Of a stretch of DNA of 64,000 nt, positions 1 through 9,228 are shown one piece after another. The stretch is taken from contig JBKJLC010000037.1 in assembly GCA_046597055.1 (NCBI GenBank), forward strand, positions 32,001-96,000. The letters are read 5' to 3'. The DNA is from Kofleriaceae bacterium (lineage in GTDB: Bacteria; Myxococcota_A; Polyangia; Haliangiales; Haliangiaceae). Every line of letters begins with the position of its first letter. Positions within the stretch are counted from its first letter, which is position 1. The notes under the pieces are model-generated. The model saw only the letters and a program-made list of their open reading frames with translations, was not told the origin of the DNA and made no database searches. Made by a program: the position numbers and the translations under genes.

Positions 1-1
1 G

Positions 2-190
2 AAATGGGCCGACACCTCCGACTTCTGGAATCGGGCGGCAGACTGGCAGCTGCTGTTCCAGGCCGATTCGGAGTACGGCGAACCGGACGTGATGTTCGGC
101 GATGGCGGTCTGCTGTACTTCATGATTCGGCCCGCAGCTCTTGTTGCGCGTCGATTCGAGGCTGCGTGGACGGATTGGCAATCGGATTGA
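2..190 (+). CDS. DUF1963/YwqG-family protein, C-terminal part (truncated by window edge)
   Basis: Frame 2 reads ...WQLLFQADSEYGEPDVMFGDGGLLYFMIRPAALVARRFEAAWTDWQSD*, the typical YwqG C-terminal pattern; not in the ORF track. Confidence 0.75.
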   Translation, partial: KWADTSDFWNRAADWQLLFQADSEYGEPDVMFGDGGLLYFMIRPAALVARRFEAAWTDWQSD

Positions 191-390
191 GATCACGCCA
201 AGTCGGGATGAGGTGGCGGCGAATGCGTCGGGGGGCCATCTCCCGGCGCTCGGCGCTTCGAGCGACGGGGACCGCGACGACGACGGGATCGACCGGCTCG
301 AGGCACCGTAGCGCCTCCAGCGCGGCGACTGAATCAACCAAGCCGCGCCGCCCATGGCGCTCGGCGACGATCTGTTACCTTGCCGTCCTC

Positions 391-537
391 ATGAGCAACC
401 CCCAGACCAGCAGCCGCACGGCGGCCACGCCCGATCTCGACCCCGCCAAGCTCGCCCAGCAGAGCAGGGCCGCGCACCTACGCCGGCAGGCCCAGATGAG
501 ACTCCTCAAGAAGCGCCGGAAGAAATCCGGCCAGTAG
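391..537 (+). CDS. small basic hypothetical protein
   Basis: ATG at 391, MSNPQTSS...LLKKRRKKSGQ, GC3-rich codons; no homology recognised. Confidence 0.35.
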   Translation: MSNPQTSSRTAATPDLDPAKLAQQSRAAHLRRQAQMRLLKKRRKKSGQ

Positions 538-680
538 CCGCGAGGCCAAGGCCTGCGCCGCGCGCTTGCTCGTCGGCGATGCCGTCGCGACCTGGTGGAC
601 GGGCGACGGGGACCTCGACCTGGAAGACGGCAGCGAGGCGGGCCCGCGCCGCGTCGAGGCGAACGCTCTGGTGGCGCGCG

Positions 681-2021
681 TCAGCGGTCGTCGTTCCGGC
701 GGCGCAGCCGCTCGAGCCCCTCGGCGATCGGCCGCACGATCGTGCCACCCCACGGGCGGATCGCGACCGTCCAGACGCGCATGCCCACATCGACGGGCAG
801 GCGCGCGAGCGTCACCGGCAGCCCGCGCACCAGCAGCACCACCGCGGCGAGCCGCGCCACCGCTGATAGCAGGAACACCGCGGCGTAGCCCTGGTAGTCG
901 GTGCCCATCGCGCCGAGCAGGGCGCCGCCGATGAACGACGCGCTCGCCGTGCCGATCGCCTGCAGCGCGCTGAGCGCCGACTGCATCGTGGTGCGCTCCG
1001 CGTCGTCTTCGCCATCGAACAGCACGATCAGCACGCCGAGCTCGAACCCGGCCCACGCGACCCCGGCGTAGACCTGGAGGGCGAGCAGCACCGCGAGCTC
1101 GCTCGTCGCGATCCACACCGCCGGGATCGGCGCGATCGCGACCGCGCTGATCGTCAGGACCCGGCGCACGCCCACGCGGTGGATGAGGCGGCCGATCAGC
1201 GGCAACGCGACGATCTTCGCGACCACGATCGTCGCGGTGAACACGGCGTACGCGCCGTGCCCGAGCTGCTGGTGTACCAGCAGGTACGGCGTGAGGAACG
1301 GGCCCGAGATCGCGGCGGCGGCCATCGCCGCGACGATGTAGACGAGCAGCGGTGCGCGCGAGTTGCCCCGCAGCCGCGGCGGGATGCTGCGGAACCGCAT
1401 CCGCCGGCGCGGCGTCCCGTCCACGCCGGCGCCCATCTGGGACACCATCAGCGCCGAGCCGAGCCGCGCGATCATCGCCAGCCCGAACATCGCGGCGTAC
1501 ACCGCGAGCACGTGCGTGGTCCCGGCGGCCGCGTGCAGCGCGAACCCCGCGCCCAGCAACCCGGCGAGCATCGTCACCTGGCCGACGCCCTGCCGCCGGC
1601 CGAAGAACTTGCTGCGCACCGCGCGCGGCACGACCCGCGCCATCCAGGGATTCCACGCCGCCGCCGCGGCCATGCCGGCCGCCCAGTACACCGCCGCCGC
1701 GCCGAACACCACGGCGGTCGCCGGCGCGCCGGCGAGGGCGACCGCGATCAGTGGCACGAACGCCAGCCCTTGCACCACCATGCATCCGACGACGAACCCA
1801 CGCAGGCTGCGCACGCGCGCGATCGCGCGCGGGGCGAGCAGCTGCAGCAGCCCGCCGGCGAGCATCGGCGCCGAGGCGATCAGCCCGGCGGTGACCGGCG
1901 ACAGCCCCAGGGCGAGCGCGAACGCCGGCAGGTACACCTCGGCGACCCCCGCCATCACGCCGTAGCCCGACGCGTCGCCGAGACTCAGCCGCAGGTCACG
2001 GCGCACGCGGCGAGGACGCAT
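681..2021 (-). CDS. MFS transporter
   Basis: About 12 hydrophobic segments, GRLIHRVGVRRV loop motif, WMARVVP...RSKFFGRR; start placed at ATG 2021. Confidence 0.85.
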   Translation of the reverse strand: MRPRRVRRDLRLSLGDASGYGVMAGVAEVYLPAFALALGLSPVTAGLIASAPMLAGGLLQLLAPRAIARVRSLRGFVVGCMVVQGLAFVPLIAVALAGAPATAVVFGAAAVYWAAGMAAAAAWNPWMARVVPRAVRSKFFGRRQGVGQVTMLAGLLGAGFALHAAAGTTHVLAVYAAMFGLAMIARLGSALMVSQMGAGVDGTPRRRMRFRSIPPRLRGNSRAPLLVYIVAAMAAAAISGPFLTPYLLVHQQLGHGAYAVFTATIVVAKIVALPLIGRLIHRVGVRRVLTISAVAIAPIPAVWIATSELAVLLALQVYAGVAWAGFELGVLIVLFDGEDDAERTTMQSALSALQAIGTASASFIGGALLGAMGTDYQGYAAVFLLSAVARLAAVVLLVRGLPVTLARLPVDVGMRVWTVAIRPWGGTIVRPIAEGLERLRRRNDDR

Positions 2022-2163
2022 CGTTGGACGGCGTATCACGCGCGCGTCCCGAGGGCACGACGCTGGTTCCCGGGTGACGGACGCCCGGCTCGTAAGTGCG
2101 TGACAGTCGACGGCCACCGCGGGCGCTGGACCAACCGGCGTGGCGTGGCGTCACCATCGACGG

Positions 2164-2718
2164 GTGAAGCGACTCCCCTCCGTCCTGCTCGCGATCGCGG
2201 CCGCCGTCACCGTCACGTTCCTCGCGCCGCCGCGTGCGACCGGCGAGGCGTCAGCCGTGCCCGCGGCGCCCACCATGTTCGGCGGCCAGCTGGTCCGGGG
2301 CACGACGCTCGACGGCGCGGCGGCGATGGACGTGGGCGGTGGCGGCGCGCTCTACGTCCGCGATACCGCGCTGTACTGGGGCGGCGGCGGCGGCCATGTG
2401 TTCCAGGTCGGCGACACCGACGGTCGGCAGACGATCCATCTGTTCCACGGCGAGCTGCTGCTCGGGCTCGACCTGCTGCGCGCCCGGCACGCGATCGTCA
2501 GCGCGATGGGCATGGCCGGCGTCGGCATGACCAAGGACGAGCGCGGGCTCTTCGGGATGGCCGAGGCCCGGTTGGCGCTGCGGCGCCCGCTCACGCGCTG
2601 GTTCATGCTCGGCGGTCACGTGGCCTACCGGCGAGCCTTCCGCAGCGGCCTCGAGCGCACCACCGACGCCGGCCTGAGCGGTCCCATCGTCGGGCTCGAG
2701 CTCTACTTCACGCACTGA
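2164..2718 (+). CDS. hypothetical exported protein, possible small outer-membrane beta-barrel
   Basis: Signal-peptide-like N-terminus, alternating Gly/hydrophobic strands, ends VGLELYFTH; start uncertain (GTG 2164 or 2140). Confidence 0.55.
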   Translation: MKRLPSVLLAIAAAVTVTFLAPPRATGEASAVPAAPTMFGGQLVRGTTLDGAAAMDVGGGGALYVRDTALYWGGGGGHVFQVGDTDGRQTIHLFHGELLLGLDLLRARHAIVSAMGMAGVGMTKDERGLFGMAEARLALRRPLTRWFMLGGHVAYRRAFRSGLERTTDAGLSGPIVGLELYFTH

Positions 2719-2755
2719 GCTGGCTCGGCCAGCCCGCGCCGCGCACCGCGGGCGG

Positions 2756-3610
2756 TCACGGAGCGGTGATGGCGTTGTTGTCGATGGCGACCAGGGACTG
2801 CGCCAGCGCTCGCCCGTTCATGGTGGCGCGCGTCTGGAGCGTGATCCCGGTCTGCGACAGGATGATGCCCTCGAAGTGTGCGTCGGCGTGGATGGTGGCC
2901 TTGCCGGCCACCTGCCAGAAGACGTTGCGAGCCTGAGCGCCGCCGCTGAGGATCACCCGCTTGGCGCTGCTGACGTCGAGGTCGTCCGAGATCTGGAAGA
3001 TCCAGACGTCGGTGGCGGAGCCCGCGATCGTCACATCGGTCGGGACCGTCACGCCGGTGCCCCAGGTGTAGAGGCCGGGGGCGAGGGTCAGGCCGCCGAG
3101 GTTGCCGCTGCCCAGGTTGAGGAAGTCGGGGTTGGTTCGTCCGGCCGCATCGGTGTAGGCCGCCTGCATGGCGAGCACGGCGGTGGTCAGGTTGGTCGGG
3201 GTCGGCACCGCGTAGTCGCTCGCGTAGATCCGTCCCGGCGCGACGACCGAGGCTGACGTCGCGAAGACGTTGGTGGCGTCGGCGGTGAGCGCGAAGCCGG
3301 TGATGAAGCTGGCCGCCGCGGGGCTCAGGCCGAGATGGCCGCCCGTGATCGAGGATCCGGTGACGTTGGTGATGCCGGTCTTGGCGAGCAGGACGTAGCT
3401 GCCGGCCGCCGTGAGGTCGGTGGTCGAGCCGAGCGCGACCGGCGCCGGACCGAGACCGGCCGGATTGGGCGGGTTGTTCTGGGGCCGGGCGTCGGTCGTG
3501 CCGTCGTCGTCGCCAGCGTTTCCGTTGTCGCCGCACGCCATGGCCGAGACGGCGACGGAGAGAAGCGTGAGTGCCGTGCGTAGCTCAGGGACAAGATAGG
3601 ATCGCAACAT
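2756..3610 (-). CDS. ice-binding family (DUF3494) lipoprotein
   Basis: LAKTGITN, AYTDAAGR, LAPGLYTW, VWIFQI, GGAQARNVFWQVAG, NGRALAQ motifs; lipobox SAMAC; GGAG upstream. Confidence 0.9.
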   Translation of the reverse strand: MLRSYLVPELRTALTLLSVAVSAMACGDNGNAGDDDGTTDARPQNNPPNPAGLGPAPVALGSTTDLTAAGSYVLLAKTGITNVTGSSITGGHLGLSPAAASFITGFALTADATNVFATSASVVAPGRIYASDYAVPTPTNLTTAVLAMQAAYTDAAGRTNPDFLNLGSGNLGGLTLAPGLYTWGTGVTVPTDVTIAGSATDVWIFQISDDLDVSSAKRVILSGGAQARNVFWQVAGKATIHADAHFEGIILSQTGITLQTRATMNGRALAQSLVAIDNNAITAP

Positions 3611-4078
3611 ATGGCTCCTGTTCGAGCGCCGCGTGGATCACGCGTTGGGCGCCGCCAGAAGCGGACGCCGACGTCTCGGTCCTCCCATCAAGCACGATCA
3701 GGGCCATGCACTCGATCGCGCAGTTTCGAGCGCTTGAGTCACCTTCGGGCGGAAGCAGACGCTGATAACGAGCGATCGTGCGCACGATTTCTGATGTCGG
3801 TGTTCGCGGCAGCATCGTCAGGACAGGCCGGCGCGTCGGGGCGCGTGCTTACCGAGCCTACCTGTTCGTACCCGGAGCGGTCGCCATCGGCGATGCAGCG
3901 GACCACGCGCCGCCACGCGCACGTGGGCGGCGATCGGGAGGCCGGGATCGTCGAGTAGCTCGCGAGATCTGACCCGCGCGCCACCAGGGGGGCGTGGCCA
4001 GGTTTCGCCGCGACCGTCCCCAACTCGATGTTTCGGCCCAGCTCGGATCGGAAGGGAGATCGCCCAGTATCGCGGCCT

Positions 4079-4138
4079 GAGCCGCTGGCCGACGAGCGTC
4101 TTGCATGCCGCCTCGACGACCCCGGAGCCGATCATCAA
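4079..4138 (-). pseudogene. transposase fragment (ISKra4/ISLre2-like)
   Basis: IGSGVVEAACKTLVGQRL matches the IGSGxxExxxK catalytic-Glu motif; only about 20 codons remain. Confidence 0.6.
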
Positions 4139-4189
4139 GCCTTGCGCGTTACGGCGATCAGGCCTCGTTCACTTGACGTTCGCGGACAC

Positions 4190-4340
4190 CGCGACGTCGA
4201 ACGCGCTCGAGGTCAGCAGCTGCAAGACCGCCGCGACCAAATGCAGCGGCAAGAACGGCTGCAAGGGCCAGGGCTGCACCGACTCGACCGAGGCAGCGTG
4301 CGAGGAGAACGGCGGCACGGTCCGGGCGGCAGGGCGCTGA
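4190..4340 (+). pseudogene. remnant of Cys-rich bufferin-type (BufA2-like) precursor peptide
   Basis: SCKTAATKCSGKNGCKGQG...TEAACEENGGTV; no signal peptide or start, no DUF692 partner nearby. Confidence 0.55.
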
Positions 4341-4390
4341 GCCGTCACCCGGCCGGGTGTCCGCCACGCCCGGTCCTCGGGGCGGCAGCG

Positions 4391-4477
4391 CACGTCGGGC
4401 GCGCGCTCGTCGAGATAGCGCAGCACCGACGGCAGGCGGACCCGCAGCGAGTTGACGTTCCAGGTGGCGATCGTGAA
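4391..4477 (-). pseudogene. xth: exodeoxyribonuclease III N-terminal fragment
   Basis: FTIATWNVNSLRVRLPSVLRYLDERAPDV, after which similarity stops before LQE. Confidence 0.7.
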
Positions 4478-4588
4478 CCCGCCTGGTTGTAGCCGCCCGC
4501 CGATCGCGCGACCGCCTCGGTTGCGCGACGGGGGCACGACGATGACCACGACCGGTACGCCGCGCGGTTTCCCGCCGGCACCTGCGCG

Positions 4589-4670
4589 CGGATCGTGACC
4601 CGCAAGCCGCTGCGCGATGGCGACGAGCTCGTGATCGGCGAGCCCCGCCTGGTGTTCAAGTCCGTGGCTG
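4589..4670 (+). pseudogene. FHA-domain C-terminal fragment
   Basis: RIVTRKPLRDGDELVIGEPRLVF matches the FHA end motif LxDGDxxxIG. Confidence 0.5.
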
Positions 4671-5137
4671 ACGCCGCCACGCCCCGCGCGAGGCCGGCCG
4701 AATCGGTGTTCGCCGAGCATGACCGCGGACGACTTTAGCGCGTAGATACCCGCATGCCCTCCAAGTACACCCTGACGCTGTCGACGACCGGGGCCTCGCG
4801 ATTGGCGACGCCCTCCACCACCTGGACGCTCACCAACAGCAGCGAGGCCGGCTTGGTCGCCCGGGGCGGTACCGCGAACGACCCGCACGGAGACCATGCC
4901 CGGGTCGAGGGACGGGCTGCCGCGCGCAAGCACGCGGCCGGCCTGGGCCACGCCATCAGGGATCGTGATGTCCAGGTCGTCTACGGAGAGCGCCCGCCCG
5001 CGGTCTGCCTGTAAGCAACCCCAAGCACTGTCGCCAGAGGGCGGAGTCGAGGGTGTGGACGACCACGCCGCCAGACGTCTACAGGCGTGTGTAGCGCCGC
5101 CGTAACTGCTCGCGACGAAGCCCCCCAGGAGAACGAC

Positions 5138-5653
5138 ATGGAACACGAAGTCAGGCTCATCGTCCGCCGGCTCCCGCTCCGGGGCACGGTCGCGGTCGCG
5201 GCGCGCTGTGCGAGCATCGCCCTCGCGCGGTTGCGTCAGAGCGCGGTGAGGAAGGATCGCGCTCTGCTCCAGGCGGGCGTCGCGACCTGCGTTCGGGTTG
5301 CCGAGAGGGACGAGCACGGCGAGGAGGGTGAGTTGCACGGAGTCGGCGGGAGAGCGGTGGACCTCGCGCAGACGCGATCGCTGCCGGCCGACGACGCGAG
5401 GCTGCTCGAATGCGTCGCAGGCGCGTGTTACGCGGCCGCGACCTACTCCGAGTGGCTCGCGGGGTCACCGCAGCGGCGCGCTCTGCTCGGCGAGCGCGTC
5501 GTCGACAACGCGCTTCGAGCGTGTCGCGGCGTGCTTGGTCACGACGCGACTGTCGACGCGGAGACCCTGAGCCTGTGTCACCGCGTCGAGACCGCTGCGC
5601 GATCGGAGCAGTGGAAAGACGAGACGCCAGTCGTCCTCGCGGATCTCGGATAG
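5138..5653 (+). CDS. hypothetical protein
   Basis: AGGAG upstream of ATG 5138; helical-looking 171-aa ORF. Confidence 0.55.
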   Translation: MEHEVRLIVRRLPLRGTVAVAARCASIALARLRQSAVRKDRALLQAGVATCVRVAERDEHGEEGELHGVGGRAVDLAQTRSLPADDARLLECVAGACYAAATYSEWLAGSPQRRALLGERVVDNALRACRGVLGHDATVDAETLSLCHRVETAARSEQWKDETPVVLADLG

Positions 5654-5812
5654 CTCAGCTGCGCGCGCAGCGGCCCGTTCTTGTGCGGCCGCGCCGCCCT
5701 ATTGCCAGCTGTTGCCTCGGTAAAACCATGACAGTCCGAGCCCGCCTCTGGATAGTCCCGCGGGCGCTCGAGATGCTCGCCACCGCGAGCACGCGCAGCG
5801 CAAGGAGGGCCC

Positions 5813-7498
5813 ATGGCGAGAACGTTTGTGTCGAGTTCGAGGTCGTTGCGGCGGCGGGTTGCGCTTGGCGGCGCCGCGTTGGTGCTGGCGGCGCTGGCGC
5901 CGGCGTGCCTGGTGGAGGAGGACGCCGAGACCGCCGAGACCAGCTGGGAGGAGCAAGACGTGGTCGGCGGCACCACCACCACCGCGCGTCCCGAGATCGG
6001 CCAGTTCATCAATGGCGGCGGCGGCGCGTGTACCGCGACGCTGGTCGCGCGTCGGTACGTCCTCACTGCGTCGCACTGCCTGTCGCCCGGGTTCACCGGC
6101 ACCACGCCCCTGGCCGGGTCGTCGTTCGATTTCACCGATGCCGGCGGCACCGCGCGGAGCTACGGCATCGATCGGATCCACAGCTTCGCCACCGCGCGGG
6201 TGTGGAACGAGGCGCGCGAGTGGTTGCCCGGTAATGTCTTCACCACCGACCTGGCGCTGCTGCGGCTGACCGCCAACGTGCCGTCGTCGCAGGCGACCCC
6301 GGCGAACCTGGCGGCGAGCAACCCGGTGACCGGCAATCGCTCGACCATGTTTGGCTTCGGCTGCAACGATCGCACCCCCGAGTCGGGCGCCGGCACCAAG
6401 CGCGCCTTCAGCTACGACTACGGGCCCGCGACGACCCGGCTGTGCTGGGGCGACTCGGGCGGCCCCGAGGTGTACGGCAACGTGAACGATCGCGGCGCGG
6501 TCTGGGGGATCGGCAGCACGTTCAACTTCGTCGGCGAGACCGACGCCTGGACCGACATCTTCAGCTCGGTGGCGTTCTTCAAGCCGTCGATCGAGTCGAT
6601 CCTGCGCACCACCGAGGGCGATTTCGAGGTCGGCTTCGATCGCCCGGGTATGGACCTGACCAGCCTCGTCACCGCCAACGCGACGGCCTGCGCGACGGCG
6701 TGTCGGGACGACGGCCGGTGCCGCGCCTTCACCTGGGTGCCGAGCGTGCCAGACGGGACCTGCTTCCTGAAGAGCGGCGTGCCCGATCTGGTCGCGGCGC
6801 CGGGCCTCACCTCGGGGCTGGGGCCGGTCTACGAGATCGGCCGCGATCGCGCCGGCATGGACTACAGCAACACGGCGCTGGCCGAGGCCCGCCCCGAGTT
6901 GTGTCATGCGACGTGCGCGCGCGACGCCGGCTGCCGGGCCTGGACCTACGTCGCGCCCGGCTGGCAAGGGCCGCAGGCGCGGTGCTACCTGAAGAGCGGC
7001 GTCCCGACCAGCAACGCGCACTCGGGCTGCACGTCGGGCGTCATGGACCGCTCGCTCGAGGTCGGATGGAATCGCGGCGGTCGCGATCTCGCCGGCCCGT
7101 CGTCGGCGTCGAGCGCGCGCCAGTGCGCCAGCCTGTGCGCGCGCAACGCCGGGTGCCGCGCGTACACGTACACCGGCGGCAGCAGCAGCAACTGCTGGCT
7201 GAAGGACGGGGTGCCGGCCCCGGGCGCGCACGGCAGCATGACCTCCGCGGTCCGCCGTGGTGTCGAGGTCAACGTCAATCGGCCTGGCCGCGACTACCGC
7301 AACTTCAACACGTCGCGCCACCACCCTTACGACTGCCAGGCCACCTGTGCGGCCGAGTCGCAGTGTCAGGCGTGGACCTATGTCCAGCCCGGCATCCAGG
7401 GCAACACCGGCGTGTGCTGGCTCAAGGACGGCATCCCGAGCAAGTCAGTCGGCACCGGGATGATCTCGGGCATCAAGGGCGCCGAGTTCCTGCCCTGA
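5813..7498 (+). CDS. trypsin-like (S1) serine protease lipoprotein with four PAN/Apple domains
   Basis: VLTASHC, DLALLRL, GDSGGP triad; four (D/N)RxGxD...CxxxC...CxA(F/W/Y)T...CxLK repeats; lipobox LAPAC; AGGAGG RBS. Confidence 0.9.
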   Translation: MARTFVSSSRSLRRRVALGGAALVLAALAPACLVEEDAETAETSWEEQDVVGGTTTTARPEIGQFINGGGGACTATLVARRYVLTASHCLSPGFTGTTPLAGSSFDFTDAGGTARSYGIDRIHSFATARVWNEAREWLPGNVFTTDLALLRLTANVPSSQATPANLAASNPVTGNRSTMFGFGCNDRTPESGAGTKRAFSYDYGPATTRLCWGDSGGPEVYGNVNDRGAVWGIGSTFNFVGETDAWTDIFSSVAFFKPSIESILRTTEGDFEVGFDRPGMDLTSLVTANATACATACRDDGRCRAFTWVPSVPDGTCFLKSGVPDLVAAPGLTSGLGPVYEIGRDRAGMDYSNTALAEARPELCHATCARDAGCRAWTYVAPGWQGPQARCYLKSGVPTSNAHSGCTSGVMDRSLEVGWNRGGRDLAGPSSASSARQCASLCARNAGCRAYTYTGGSSSNCWLKDGVPAPGAHGSMTSAVRRGVEVNVNRPGRDYRNFNTSRHHPYDCQATCAAESQCQAWTYVQPGIQGNTGVCWLKDGIPSKSVGTGMISGIKGAEFLP

Positions 7499-7510
7499 GC
7501 CACGCGGATT

Positions 7511-7525
7511 GCGCACGGTTTGCGC
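7511..7525. promoter_or_regulatory. GCGCA-N5-TGCGC palindrome (candidate enhancer)
   Basis: GCGCACGGTTTGCGC; degenerate copy at 7540-7554. Confidence 0.6.
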
Positions 7526-7593
7526 CTGCGCCGACCGCGACGCAGGTTCCGCGCAACTCCGGGCGTGATGGCGGGCGTCGACGGCGGCTCACC

Positions 7594-7610
7594 CGGGCAC
7601 GCGCCTTGCG
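7594..7610 (+). promoter_or_regulatory. sigma-54 promoter
   Basis: CGGGCACGCGCCTTGCG (GG-N10-GC). Confidence 0.7.
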
Positions 7611-7623
7611 ACGTCCTGGCCTC

Positions 7624-8217
7624 ATGGAGGAAGCGATGAAGCCGAACCGCGATCAGGGGAGACCGGGCCTGGTGACGACCTGGGGGCGCCGCGTCATGGA
7701 CGAGCATGGCGCGACCGAGGATCAGCCCACCGAGTACCGCACGTCGGCGGTGGCGACGGTGGCGACGATCATGACCCGCACGCCGTACTGCGTGCGCCCC
7801 GAGGTCACCGTCGAGGCGGTGACCGCGCTGCTGCTCGAGCGGCGGATGAGCGGCGTCCCCGTGGTCGACGCCGATGGCCGCCCCCTCGGGGTCGTGACCA
7901 AGACGGATCTGCTCCAGCACCTCCACGAGAGCGGCGACAGCGTCGAGGCGGTGGACGATGCCACCCGTCGCGTCGACGGAGCGCTCGGGTCCGGGTTCCA
8001 TCCGACCGGCGTCCACGGCACCTCGGTCCGCGACATCATGATGCCGGTGGTCTTCGCGATCGATCAGGACTCGACGATCGCCCTGGCCTCGGCGCTGATG
8101 GCGGGCGAGGGGATCCACCGGGTGCCGGTGCTCGCGGCCGATGGCACCGTGGTCGGGATTCTGTCGTCTCTCGACATCGTGAGGTGGGTCGCCGAGGGCG
8201 ACGGCTACGTGGTCTAG
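7624..8217 (+). CDS. CBS-domain protein (one pair)
   Basis: SGVPVVDADGRPLGVVTKTDLL, IHRVPVL..DGTVVGILSSLDI; start 7624 or 7636. Confidence 0.85.
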   Translation: MEEAMKPNRDQGRPGLVTTWGRRVMDEHGATEDQPTEYRTSAVATVATIMTRTPYCVRPEVTVEAVTALLLERRMSGVPVVDADGRPLGVVTKTDLLQHLHESGDSVEAVDDATRRVDGALGSGFHPTGVHGTSVRDIMMPVVFAIDQDSTIALASALMAGEGIHRVPVLAADGTVVGILSSLDIVRWVAEGDGYVV

Positions 8218-8232
8218 CGGGAGCGGACGCCT

Positions 8233-8249
8233 CCGGCGCGACCCGTGCA
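8233..8249 (+). promoter_or_regulatory. sigma-54-like promoter
   Basis: CCGGCGCGACCCGTGCA; -12 C lies 14 nt before ATG 8262. Confidence 0.45.
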
Positions 8250-8261
8250 AGAAGGTGGCGC

Positions 8262-9050
8262 ATGAGCTTCAACCAGCCTGTGGCCGAGTACATGACGCAC
8301 GAGGTGGAGACGGTGGAGCGCTCGACGCCGCTGTCGCAGGTCGCGCGGATCCTCGAGCGCTGGAACATCTCCGCGGTGCCGGTGATCGGTCCCAGCGGCG
8401 CCGTGGTCGGCGTGGTGTCGCGCACCGACCTGCTGCGGGTCGGCCGGGTCGAGGCCGAGCGCGGGCTGCGCCGCACCGCCCTGCAGGTGCCCGAGCGCCA
8501 CGCGTCGGAGGTGATGACGGTGGGCGCGCATGTCGTGGGTTCCCACACCCGGCTGGCCGCAGCCGCCCACATGATGTGCAAGCAGCGTGTCCACCGGGTG
8601 TTCGTCGTCGACGGGGGCCGTCTGGTCGGCGTGCTGAGCACCGCCGACGTCACCGCGGCGGTGCGCGACGCGCGCGGGGAGGACGAGATCCAGACGATCA
8701 TGTCGACCCCGATCCACACGGTCGCCACCACCGACCCGCTGACGGTCGCGCTCGCGAGGCTCGAGCACGCCCACGTCACCGGCCTGGTCGTGGTCGAGGA
8801 GGCGTGGCCGGTCGGCGTGTTCACCCAGGTCGAGGCGCTCGCCGCCCGCGACCTGCCGCGCGATACGCCGGTCGACAGCGTGTTCGATCAGGCGATGATC
8901 TGCTTGCCGGCGACCGCGCGAATCCACCGCGTGGCCGCCCAGGTGGCGCGGCTCGACGTCCGGCGCGTGATCGTGTGCCGCGACCGCGAGCCGGTCGGGA
9001 TCGTCAGCGGGCTCGACTTCGCGCGGGTGGCGGCGGCCGGCGAGTCGTAG
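8262..9050 (+). CDS. CBS-domain protein (two pairs)
   Basis: [41 protein letters not shown]. Confidence 0.85.
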   Translation: MSFNQPVAEYMTHEVETVERSTPLSQVARILERWNISAVPVIGPSGAVVGVVSRTDLLRVGRVEAERGLRRTALQVPERHASEVMTVGAHVVGSHTRLAAAAHMMCKQRVHRVFVVDGGRLVGVLSTADVTAAVRDARGEDEIQTIMSTPIHTVATTDPLTVALARLEHAHVTGLVVVEEAWPVGVFTQVEALAARDLPRDTPVDSVFDQAMICLPATARIHRVAAQVARLDVRRVIVCRDREPVGIVSGLDFARVAAAGES

Positions 9051-9228
9051 CGCTGACCGGCGGCGCGCCGATGGGCGGACGCGCCGGGGCGACGTCGTCG
9101 AACAGCAGCCGGCGGGGCGGGGTGTCGAGATCGTCGAGCTGGCCCGCGCTGACCGACCAGACGAACGCGGCAACCGCGCCGCCGGCGATCAAGAGGGCCA
9201 GCGGCAGGACCACGTAGAGGGCGATCAT
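9004..9228 (-). CDS. ccoS: cbb3-type oxidase maturation protein CcoS
   Basis: [13 protein letters not shown]...[24 protein letters not shown]; start overlaps the ccoI stop. Confidence 0.85.
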   Translation of the reverse strand: MIALYVVLPLALLIAGGAVAAFVWSVSAGQLDDLDTPPRRLLFDDVAPARPPIGAPPVSATTRRPPPPARSRAR

